A stretch of DNA of 64,000 nucleotides, taken from positions 1,440,001 to 1,504,000 of the forward strand of contig CAXXMV010000002.1 in assembly GCA_963662285.2 (NCBI GenBank), in the 5' to 3' direction. The position numbers were made by a program, and so were the translations under genes. This DNA comes from a bacterium. GTDB taxonomy: Bacteria > Hinthialibacterota > Hinthialibacteria > Hinthialibacterales > Hinthialibacteraceae. Shown one piece after another: positions 19,701 to 27,495 of the stretch. The notes beneath the pieces were generated by a model. It saw only the letters and a program-made list of their open reading frames with translations. It ran no database searches and was not told the origin of the DNA. Positions within the stretch are counted from its first letter, which is position 1. Each line of letters starts with the position of its first letter.

Positions 19701-20908
19701 AAAAACGAATCAGCGTTCTCACTTGGATTATGAGACATATATAATCCAATGACGGCGGCGGCGTGAATGGCTGTCCGGAGAACGAATTCATCGGTTTCAT
19801 GAGTGTATATCTCTCGCAGAATATCTATAGCAAAAGAAGCCGCATCTGCCCGTTTAATAACTTCTATGCAACCTAAAGCCGCGCTGGCGCGCACCTGGGC
19901 CACGTCATCTTCCAGTGAAAGTTTTCGATAGTAAACTTTCAGATCATCCATAGAAGACTTCTGCAGGGATTGCGCCACGCCCTGTCGAACAAAAGGACTG
20001 GGGTCGTCTACCGCATAAATGAATAAATCGGCTAATTCGGGAATGCGGCTCAGGTTTTCGCCTATAATTTTTACAGCCCGGCGACGAACAAACATATCAC
20101 TATCAATACCCGGATGTTCCAGCCGCCTGCGTAGCACTTTTTTAAGCGAAGAACGAGACATGCTTTCGAGTAAAGAAAGCGCTTCGCATTGAATCCAAAC
20201 TGCCTGGCTGGATTGCAGTGAGGCGCGATAAACAAATTGTATGGTGGCGTCATCCACATAATTTTCTAAGATTTCATCAGGCAATTCGCGTAGATGAATG
20301 GATAGCGTTTTGAAAGCTGCGATCCGCACCCGGTCATCACCTTCATAAATCCAAAAGATTTTGTTCCATTTATCAAATTCGAATGAGCGCCATAGCCTTT
20401 CAATGGCATTCAGCCCGTTAGCGCGTCTTAGTAGCATGGGCCCCAACACGCAAAGCCGATCCATGCACAAGACCAACATACGCTCAATCTCACCTTGCAT
20501 TTGCTTGCATCTATCATGCATGACGTCTGCATCCATCCAACGCTTGAAGGCCTTTTTATCTTTTCTAAGATCGCGTTCGGATGAGCCTAACTTTCGGGCG
20601 TAGTCTAAGATATGCTGTTGGCGTTCCCCCGGCGTTTTTGATTGTGATAGCTGCTGATTGAAATCTGTGCTAAGAATTTTTACTTCTTTCAAGCGTGTGA
20701 ATTGCAGGATTATTTCTCTTTTAATAAATTCGTAGACTTGCATTACAGTATGATCATCATCCAGGTAGACCGATGATTTATCCAACTTTCGTTCTGGCCA
20801 TTCCAGAAAGTTCTTCGCTATCTGGTGGATAAGTTTGGCGTGAATCCGTTTTTGATGCGGTCTCATGCCATTTTCGAGCAACGCAACGATGCTGGATTTT
20901 TCACTCAT
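16745..20908 (-). CDS. capB: Giant CapB/PgsB-like amide ligase (poly-gamma-glutamate synthase-like) with N-terminal HEAT repeats
   Basis: TM anchor then SIPLVMGGWGTRGKS, SKTTG, ECMGLTP, ITNTYPDHEDVQG, NGMSANE, NNRADR, GIQNIKG, colinear with Bacillus CapB motifs; HEAT motifs D..FVRRRAV, DPSPFVRQGVA, DDVAQVRASAA, DEFVLRTAI. Confidence 0.85.
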   Translation of the reverse strand: MSEKSSIVALLENGMRPHQKRIHAKLIHQIAKNFLEWPERKLDKSSVYLDDDHTVMQVYEFIKREIILQFTRLKEVKILSTDFNQQLSQSKTPGERQQHILDYARKLGSSERDLRKDKKAFKRWMDADVMHDRCKQMQGEIERMLVLCMDRLCVLGPMLLRRANGLNAIERLWRSFEFDKWNKIFWIYEGDDRVRIAAFKTLSIHLRELPDEILENYVDDATIQFVYRASLQSSQAVWIQCEALSLLESMSRSSLKKVLRRRLEHPGIDSDMFVRRRAVKIIGENLSRIPELADLFIYAVDDPSPFVRQGVAQSLQKSSMDDLKVYYRKLSLEDDVAQVRASAALGCIEVIKRADAASFAIDILREIYTHETDEFVLRTAIHAAAVIGLYMSHNPSENADSFFAMAVERLDYLHINATSLSVRRWASMGLEQIWCNTNAEARKLKEKLESIIKAIPPGRSRRIPRKWFKGLSDDFIGRVLAVLSQDDFGLDFKRGFLRPCITRGFVFRFRLWRMIYELRHPSSDKRQAFNHTIGRVSHSSIRAPSAILAELSETKVPGEPLFIPTENGWRPYLPLADDFLSCLNTLRNRPVRFYTHEGITEIRAPRFWPTRLWAYISLTFNFALLAQMRNWSETSNKDPRQYIQAMRQKGFRINFRSYNTIEEKQAVPDPMIERFFPLSFPMLELQGLGERILNYFLSVYENSLFELSIFLVAITLLFLGNHWLLYRRLQKARQSIPLVMGGWGTRGKSGTERLKAALLNSSGFQVFSKTTGCEAMFMFGHTFGRLHELFIFRSYDKATIWEQKDVVHLASRLNSEVYLWECMGLTPSYVEILQKKWMRDDFSTITNTYPDHEDVQGPAGINIPQVMTCFIPKHSVLLTSEEQMKPLLHDASQEFKTRFHTVGWLEAGMLTDDVLDRFPYKEHPFNVALVISLAEELGIDRDFALKEMADYVIPDLGVLKVHPTAKLNRRKLDFSNGMSANERRGCIENWTRLGFHQYDPENDPGVWVTTVVNNRADRIPRSRVFASMLVNDLSADRHYLIGGNLKGMMGYIREAWEQYADTITLSIQRQDKVTPPEDVLLMYAKKFRIPYTENMLKSALSSMLDAVDNPPAEQVVDQIISDPDSLSSVLSSVLPVDIAQDIERYFEQERDSYQQYESIQQKVLSNDSSDPAVLQELKKLLTNRFFSKFVVIDDYYASGEEVIHTICESTPPGYLNHIMGIQNIKGTGLDFVYRWQAWDKCHQACQRAQQEDVSLMLDGLTELANFQEFGLLSEIAVRETLDYLKTSLAAQREDIQAFQNVISRNLEIQLEKIYENLEGTSSRKGGIFLTGIIEFIESFIDGYDAIKRQRMAKRVYKDLIRQRISLQNASVVLKALNRRQKGGWLKW

Positions 20909-20985
20909 TACCTAACCTCAACCATTGTGTCTGATTTCATGGTTTTATAAATTATCCTGTATCTATTCACTGTTTTTGCAATCGA

Positions 20986-23900
20986 TTATTCCTCGATAAA
21001 TAATGGCATACATCTTTCCCGCAAGTCCATGAAATCCAATTCACCCGGCTTGAAATCGCGATAGGCGCGTGCGCTGCCGAAATGCCAGGTCAGGAAAATG
21101 TTGGCTGTTGCGTCTTTGTTATCGATATCATATCTGACGCTCCCCCCTAATTCGATACGCTTGCGTTTACCCATCCAAAAATCATGCAGTAGATCCAGCG
21201 AAATCGCTTTACGGGTAGTCGTGGATTTACGATCATCATCATTCAGAAAGTGATTTAAATGAAAAGTGGTGGATATTTCGGTATTTCGCAACCTTTGTTT
21301 CCAACCAGTTTTGAAATAAAGGTGATCCGGTTGTTGGGATTTAAATAATTCATTCGTGGCCAGGCCGCCAATGGTCCACCATTCTGAATCCTGCCAGGGT
21401 CTATAGCGCAGAGTGTCCGATATTCGAAAACCATTTTGATGTTGTTGTTTGTATGGCGTGTAGATATCCTGATCCAGCTGCTGGAGACCGAAAGCAGAAG
21501 ATGGGTTTAAACTTAAATGCCTGCTGAAGAAGGATAGTCTTGGCGTATGCCGTAATGTAGGCGACAGTTCGATTGAGCGGCTTACGCCCATACGTAAAAC
21601 GGCAGACATTTCCAAATCTTCACGCGAAGAGTTTGAGGTGTCATCAATATCCTGCACATACAACTCTCCCCCGTAATTAAAAGTCCAGGGCGTCCAGTCA
21701 GGGGCGTAGCGAATCTCTTCTATTAAACCAAGGGTAGGGCCGCCAGGCGAGCGATAACGAGTCAATACTTCATTTTGAAAAAATGTATTCCAAGGCTCAT
21801 GATAATATCTATAAGCAACGTTTGTTTCAATGTAATCATCAAAATCTGCATTACGCTCAAAGTCTTCTTCTATAATGCGGCGCCTACGACCCTCGGTTGT
21901 CAGCGACCATGTTCCATTATACCGTTCTTCCACAGGCCCTGAGAGCCATTGTTTTTCAAGCAATTCTTCTGGATATTCATCCAACTGAACCAATGTTTCA
22001 GAGACAGGAATAGCTTCTTTTTCAATAAGATTAGGAGAGGCCTCTGGCTTGATCTCATTGGGCGTCCTATTAAAAATACGGTAGAATCCTTCTTCCCGGT
22101 CCGATTCAGGTTTGATGTAAACCTTCTGCAATCCCTCCTCAACATAGCGGTATTTCAATATTGTAGTTGTTCCCTGTAGTTCATCGATTCGCAACCAGGT
22201 CGGCCCCTGAATGTTCAGCTCAATGGGTTCTGTTGCAGTTGCAACATGATAAAAACGTTGGTTTGTTGGTACTAAAGAGTCAGGTGAAATCGTTTGTTCC
22301 TCACCTGGATGGTTCACATAGGTTTTCTTTACAACGACATATTGATTCACAACAGGATTCAGCGTCCAACAACGGAAGGCGTGTTCACCTGTTGGAATAG
22401 TGACTTGAATCCTTGCCGAAGGTGATTCCTGGTTAAGTTCGATAGTATTTTCCTGCCCGTCATCAATTTGATACGCAATGTTCATTGGCAATACTGGTAA
22501 ATAGTCTGGAACTTGCAGCGAAAAATCAATCTGTATATCAGTTGGATTATGATTGAGCATATAAAGTCCCAGGCTTTTATCGCCAAATATGACTTCTTCA
22601 TCCTTGAGGAGTGGTTGAATCAAGTTTTTGCGAACTTGCAATGTTGGACTTTCCGGCATCCAACCGGATGTTTCTTCAAAATGTGAACCGGCATTATGCT
22701 CTACGCTGGTGATCCGTTCCCAACTCAGATTACTTGTTAAGCGCGTGTAGAGAGATTGCATATTGGGAATATGTTTGTTTTCCCAATATAATTTCTCACC
22801 CAGCATTTGGGCATGAAATTTATATTGCGGAAATTGCTCGGCAATCCAAAGCAGATCAGTCATTCTTTGTATTGCATCTTTCTTTTCCTCAACAAAGTTC
22901 CTTAAAACTATTGAAGGATCAATATCTTTATTTGAACTCTTTTCATGAAGGATCAAGAAATTTTCCAGCTTTTTTGAGGAGAATGCTTGTATGTTCAATT
23001 GAGAAGAATAGGTTAGGGGTGAATATATATTCAATAAACTAATACTATCAGTAGCCGAAGCAGGGATTAACGAAATGGTAAAATTCATTGAGTCAGTAGC
23101 ATCCAAAGGAGAAGGAACATACTTTCCCGAAATAGCGGCTTCGATAGTTTGCGGCGTGATAGGAGGAAGGATGCCTAGGGGATGACGTGGCGCACGATAA
23201 GCCGCACGCACAAAAAGTTCAGAATGTAATGCATTAATTTCTATCCGATGTCGCCCTTGTTCTATTTCAATAACAGCATCGACATAGTTTCCCACTAGTT
23301 GCTCTTCACTCGAGATCAAGCGCATTGCATTGTTCGGCATATTGTTGGTGATGGGTATCCGCTGAATTTGATCCCCGGTCTTGATCATAATCCAATCATT
23401 CAATGGCGTATCAGGTTGACTCAGATAAAGCGGTCGAATCTCTAATTGAAGTGTAATAGGACCTTGCGCTTCATAAATCACAGGTTGATCTGAGTTAGCG
23501 AAATAGCCATGGATAAACAAATCCCGGTCAATATTGTATAACCTACCAGCTCCAGCTGAGGTATTAATCAACGTATCCGCTGAACGCCATTCCTTGTTTG
23601 CGGGAGATGAGTTCCAGTCTTTTTGCCATTGCTGAATGGATTGCAATCGTTGATCCACTTCCTGAGAAGATAAGCCTGCGGCAATCCGTTCCTGCTCTTC
23701 TATGTCATCGGCTAACATAGACCCTTGATTGTCCGACTGGAGGAGCAATCGCTTGGTTTCTGTCATCTGTCCTAAAGCAAGCGCTTTGCGTCCCGACCAA
23801 TACGCCTTACGCTTTGGCGATGCAATTGTTTGCGCGACGCGGTCAAAAATGCGAAACCATTGGATTTTCAACGCGGTTTCCAGAAGAGTCTCGCTGGCGT

Positions 23901-26382
23901 CACCCATCATTGCAGCGGCGTGAGCGGCCAGGAAAGCAAATTCCGGTTTATCATCTTGCAGCAACGCTTTAGCCAGTTCGGTATAGTTTTCGCAACTAGG
24001 GTCATCATACAATGCCGCAGCGTAAAGTTGAACAACGCCATTCCAGTCATTTTCTCCACGCCGTAGATCTAACAGTTTTTGAAAAGCCTTTTTACGGAAT
24101 TGAGGATCATTTTCATAAGACCAAATTCCCCGGTATTGTTGCTTGGCCAGGAAAAACTCGCCCAAATGCTCCAATATCCGGGCGCGGCCAAGAAGGGCTT
24201 CCTGACGATGGGATTCACTTGAACTTTCAGTGCCATGCAGCAGTGAATTCCAATAGGATAAGGCCGTGATCCATTGCTCTGTTTTTTCATGTTCCAACGC
24301 CAGGTCATAAAGTTGAGTTGCTTGAAGAGCCGTGTACTCATCATTTTTGTTCACTTTGGATCTGATTGGTGGTTCAACCGATGCCGATAAAGTTATTGCG
24401 CTTTTACTTAAATAGCGAAGAAAAGGCAGCCAATGGTTGTAGATTTGCTGTTCATCTTCTGTATTGCAAGACAATTCCAATGATGTTTTATAAATATCAA
24501 TTTCAGTTAACTTGGTGAAAAAATCGGGAGAAAGCTGATCCATATGATGCAGGTATTCTCCTTCCGGAAGCTGGAAAGGTTTCGAGGCGCGGTAAGCAAG
24601 CGAAACATGAAGATTATCTTGTATCTCATCATCTCTCCATAGTTTTACAGTTTGAGTATTAGCAGGAAGAGGTATCTCTGTATAATGAACTTCGCTTAAT
24701 TGCGCAGGTGGATCGAAGCGGGAAAAACCACCGCTTAGTGAAGCGCCGCGATAGTTGGGATTCATACGATTCAAGATGGCAAGACTTTCTCCTATAGGAG
24801 AAATTTCAAAATCATCATCGCTAAGAGAAACCTCTGCAATTAGATCCAGCCTTTGAGGTGGAACGTCATCCAATTGAATCAAAAGTCTATGTTTTGCAAG
24901 ATTATTCTCATGGCTTAATACCGCCACTCTCAATTGGCTGGGAACCGGGAGAGAAGGAATTGCGTATTCAAAAGGCTCGCCATCATTCTTCTTTAATTCA
25001 ATAAAACGTCCTAAATGCAAACGCTTGATCCATTGTTGCAGTTGTGGTTCATATAGCGATCCGCCATAAGGTAATGAGTCCCAGTTTTTTAATCGTTTTG
25101 GAATATAATAAGCATGAGAAAAATGAATGGATTGGTGGGAATTATCTGGCGAGAGTTCCCTGTAGAAAGTATTCCTGCTTTCAATAGATATCGCCTGATC
25201 CAAGAGTTCATCGGCGAAAGGTAAATGACTGGCGGCTTTGCGATAGAGAGCCGCGCTGGATAATCCGCTATCACGGCGAGAATTATCATGCAGAACACCA
25301 CGGGAAGCGCTTTGTAAGCCGGGCAGCATCGCCGGTTCTATCGCTTTGTTTAGCAAACCTGTAATCGTACCATAAAAGTCCAGCTGATTTGTTTGCTGAG
25401 GTGGATTTGATAGTAATGAAAACACTTTTTCTGCAGCAAGAATCGGTTGGTTTAAGTTAGGAAATAGATAGTCTTTTTCGGTAATGCCCGACACGCGTAC
25501 AAACAGTGCACGATTGGCATTCAACTCAATTGCGTCCATGCCGGATGGAATTGTTAGAAATCCTTTACGAAGTTGTCCTAATACCCGGATTTGATCATTC
25601 ACCAAATATGAATACCGGGTATCCGTATTTGTATCAAAATCCATAGTTGCTATCACATTATTATTATTCTGGACAGAAAGGCGATATGGTTGAGAAGGTT
25701 CAATCATATCCTCCTGATATGGGAGATAGGTTTCTATCGATATTCTCAGTAATTGATCTAAACTGAAATGTAAGGGGATGTCCGGTTCAAGCCGGTAAAA
25801 CTCCTCAGAATCAAAACGATCATCTCTTCGGATTTGGATAGGTTCAGCATCCGGTAATGCAGGCTGACTATAAGGCGCCGGATTTCTAAGGCGTTCCACA
25901 GCAGAAATAAAAACCGCCAGTTCCAATGGATGATTATAAACTCCGTTATGCTGAATGCGCATTATTCCAGGATAATTCAAATCAGGTTTATAAAACCGGG
26001 CGCCATTATCTCCATGCAGGACGGGAAAACATTGTGTATAAATACCGGAACCGTTGGAATAGGAGACATCTAAATAAAATTCTGGATCGTAATTATCAAT
26101 AGGTAATATTCTTAATGCAGCCCGGCCCGGCATCTTAAAACGAATGGATTGGCCCGGCGTCATGCGCACAACATATTTATTTTTATGATACTTGATTTGC
26201 GGTTTATAGCCCAAAAAGCAATCAGGTTTATCTATGATGTTATCCCAGATAACTGGATGTTGATATGCATTTTCTAATTCAAGTTGAAACGCATCTACCT
26301 CTGAAAAAACATAGAGTAAATTGCATCCCGAAAGGATTACCAAAAATCCAGCCCAAAATAACAATAATTTTAATCGACGCAT
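20986..26382 (-). CDS. 1798-aa predicted outer-membrane lipoprotein: beta-sandwich repeats, TPR region, C-terminal beta-barrel (putative polymer export channel)
   Basis: Lipobox LSGC; TPR-like helices (ALLGRARILEHLGEFFLAKQQY, YWSGRKALALGQ); last ~310 aa are alternating beta-strands ending NIFLTWHFG plus a short tail. Confidence 0.7.
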   Translation of the reverse strand: MRRLKLLLFWAGFLVILSGCNLLYVFSEVDAFQLELENAYQHPVIWDNIIDKPDCFLGYKPQIKYHKNKYVVRMTPGQSIRFKMPGRAALRILPIDNYDPEFYLDVSYSNGSGIYTQCFPVLHGDNGARFYKPDLNYPGIMRIQHNGVYNHPLELAVFISAVERLRNPAPYSQPALPDAEPIQIRRDDRFDSEEFYRLEPDIPLHFSLDQLLRISIETYLPYQEDMIEPSQPYRLSVQNNNNVIATMDFDTNTDTRYSYLVNDQIRVLGQLRKGFLTIPSGMDAIELNANRALFVRVSGITEKDYLFPNLNQPILAAEKVFSLLSNPPQQTNQLDFYGTITGLLNKAIEPAMLPGLQSASRGVLHDNSRRDSGLSSAALYRKAASHLPFADELLDQAISIESRNTFYRELSPDNSHQSIHFSHAYYIPKRLKNWDSLPYGGSLYEPQLQQWIKRLHLGRFIELKKNDGEPFEYAIPSLPVPSQLRVAVLSHENNLAKHRLLIQLDDVPPQRLDLIAEVSLSDDDFEISPIGESLAILNRMNPNYRGASLSGGFSRFDPPAQLSEVHYTEIPLPANTQTVKLWRDDEIQDNLHVSLAYRASKPFQLPEGEYLHHMDQLSPDFFTKLTEIDIYKTSLELSCNTEDEQQIYNHWLPFLRYLSKSAITLSASVEPPIRSKVNKNDEYTALQATQLYDLALEHEKTEQWITALSYWNSLLHGTESSSESHRQEALLGRARILEHLGEFFLAKQQYRGIWSYENDPQFRKKAFQKLLDLRRGENDWNGVVQLYAAALYDDPSCENYTELAKALLQDDKPEFAFLAAHAAAMMGDASETLLETALKIQWFRIFDRVAQTIASPKRKAYWSGRKALALGQMTETKRLLLQSDNQGSMLADDIEEQERIAAGLSSQEVDQRLQSIQQWQKDWNSSPANKEWRSADTLINTSAGAGRLYNIDRDLFIHGYFANSDQPVIYEAQGPITLQLEIRPLYLSQPDTPLNDWIMIKTGDQIQRIPITNNMPNNAMRLISSEEQLVGNYVDAVIEIEQGRHRIEINALHSELFVRAAYRAPRHPLGILPPITPQTIEAAISGKYVPSPLDATDSMNFTISLIPASATDSISLLNIYSPLTYSSQLNIQAFSSKKLENFLILHEKSSNKDIDPSIVLRNFVEEKKDAIQRMTDLLWIAEQFPQYKFHAQMLGEKLYWENKHIPNMQSLYTRLTSNLSWERITSVEHNAGSHFEETSGWMPESPTLQVRKNLIQPLLKDEEVIFGDKSLGLYMLNHNPTDIQIDFSLQVPDYLPVLPMNIAYQIDDGQENTIELNQESPSARIQVTIPTGEHAFRCWTLNPVVNQYVVVKKTYVNHPGEEQTISPDSLVPTNQRFYHVATATEPIELNIQGPTWLRIDELQGTTTILKYRYVEEGLQKVYIKPESDREEGFYRIFNRTPNEIKPEASPNLIEKEAIPVSETLVQLDEYPEELLEKQWLSGPVEERYNGTWSLTTEGRRRRIIEEDFERNADFDDYIETNVAYRYYHEPWNTFFQNEVLTRYRSPGGPTLGLIEEIRYAPDWTPWTFNYGGELYVQDIDDTSNSSREDLEMSAVLRMGVSRSIELSPTLRHTPRLSFFSRHLSLNPSSAFGLQQLDQDIYTPYKQQHQNGFRISDTLRYRPWQDSEWWTIGGLATNELFKSQQPDHLYFKTGWKQRLRNTEISTTFHLNHFLNDDDRKSTTTRKAISLDLLHDFWMGKRKRIELGGSVRYDIDNKDATANIFLTWHFGSARAYRDFKPGELDFMDLRERCMPLFIEE

Positions 26383-26518
26383 GGCAGCATTATTTCCGGC
26401 GCGAAGCCTTTATTTCTGAATGGTCTCTATTTCAATTATCGTACTGCATATACTTTTTCAGGCATAAAACAAAACTCTATCAATCGTCAGTAAATAAGTG
26501 ATTGAGCAATGATCAAAA

Positions 26519-27466
26519 TCATCCCCCATTAATAAAACAACTCAAAAAATCAGCTCGTAAATCTTTTTGATCACGTAAGCGCTTGCGGAATGTGCGGCTC
26601 ATCTCTACATGAAAAAATTGATCTGAATCATGTTGTTGATATGCCTTGGCAGCGATGTTCTGGGTTCCACCGAGTTGAAAAACATGAATGGGAAATACTG
26701 CGACGCGAATGGCTTGAAATTTTGGCAGGCATTTTGATATCTCATACAATTTCGCAGAGGGTTGCAACCCGCCATTACTCAAAATAATATCCTCGACCAA
26801 GGTCTCACCATTTCGTTTTATAACGGGACCAAAACCGTGTAACTGCAGCACGGATAGCGCTGGCTTCGCATCAACCGCTGCTAGTGTCAGTGCGTGAAAA
26901 AATGAAGTCTTCTCCTTGCCAAAATCCACTTTGTTACGGTGCACCGTATTCCATGCGCCAACCCTGGCCTGACTTTCCAGGAATAAACGCACAGCAATAA
27001 GCCCGGTATAGTAGTCATGATAACGATGCGGCGCCTGGATTATCAAAGGGACGCTTGACTCAACGCGAAAAATGAAGAAGCCGTAAGGCGCCGTATGCTG
27101 AGTATCCGGGCTTAGAACCCAAAGAGTCTCATCATTATAGATAATCTCATGCAATTTATACCCCGCATCACTCCATTGTTTTTCCATCTCAGTCTTTTCA
27201 ACTGATTGAGTCAGCATCTGCTTAAATAACTTCCAGGCGCATTGGAACTGGTCTGGAGATGGAGCAACGTAATCAACTTTGCTTTTGGATTGGTTAAACA
27301 ATTGCAATAAGAGTTTTTCACCAGTTTCTGCTAAGACTGGCGCTCCGGAAAACAGAACAATTAGAAGTGATATCCCAATCAATCGTAATGAAGATATCTT
27401 TCTTTTACTGGAACCGGGATTTTTCCAATGAAATAAATTATCAGATACTATATTGAATAAAAACAT
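26519..27466 (-). CDS. Secreted putative Zn-dependent hydrolase, PghP/poly-gamma-glutamate hydrolase-like fold
   Basis: Signal peptide ending PVLA-E; motifs IIQAPHRYHD, LQLHGF, HVEMS in the order of PghP APHGG..E, SLHG, QLELS. Confidence 0.6.
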   Translation of the reverse strand: MFLFNIVSDNLFHWKNPGSSKRKISSLRLIGISLLIVLFSGAPVLAETGEKLLLQLFNQSKSKVDYVAPSPDQFQCAWKLFKQMLTQSVEKTEMEKQWSDAGYKLHEIIYNDETLWVLSPDTQHTAPYGFFIFRVESSVPLIIQAPHRYHDYYTGLIAVRLFLESQARVGAWNTVHRNKVDFGKEKTSFFHALTLAAVDAKPALSVLQLHGFGPVIKRNGETLVEDIILSNGGLQPSAKLYEISKCLPKFQAIRVAVFPIHVFQLGGTQNIAAKAYQQHDSDQFFHVEMSRTFRKRLRDQKDLRADFLSCFINGG

Positions 27467-27495
27467 GTCTCACCTTTTTTATCTTAATATTAAAA

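Noticed and set aside
16745-20908. Mur ligase, FolC or cyanophycin synthetase annotation
   Set aside because: No ATP-grasp domain seen; TM anchor, KTTG, ECM and NNRADR motifs and the linked capC point to CapB
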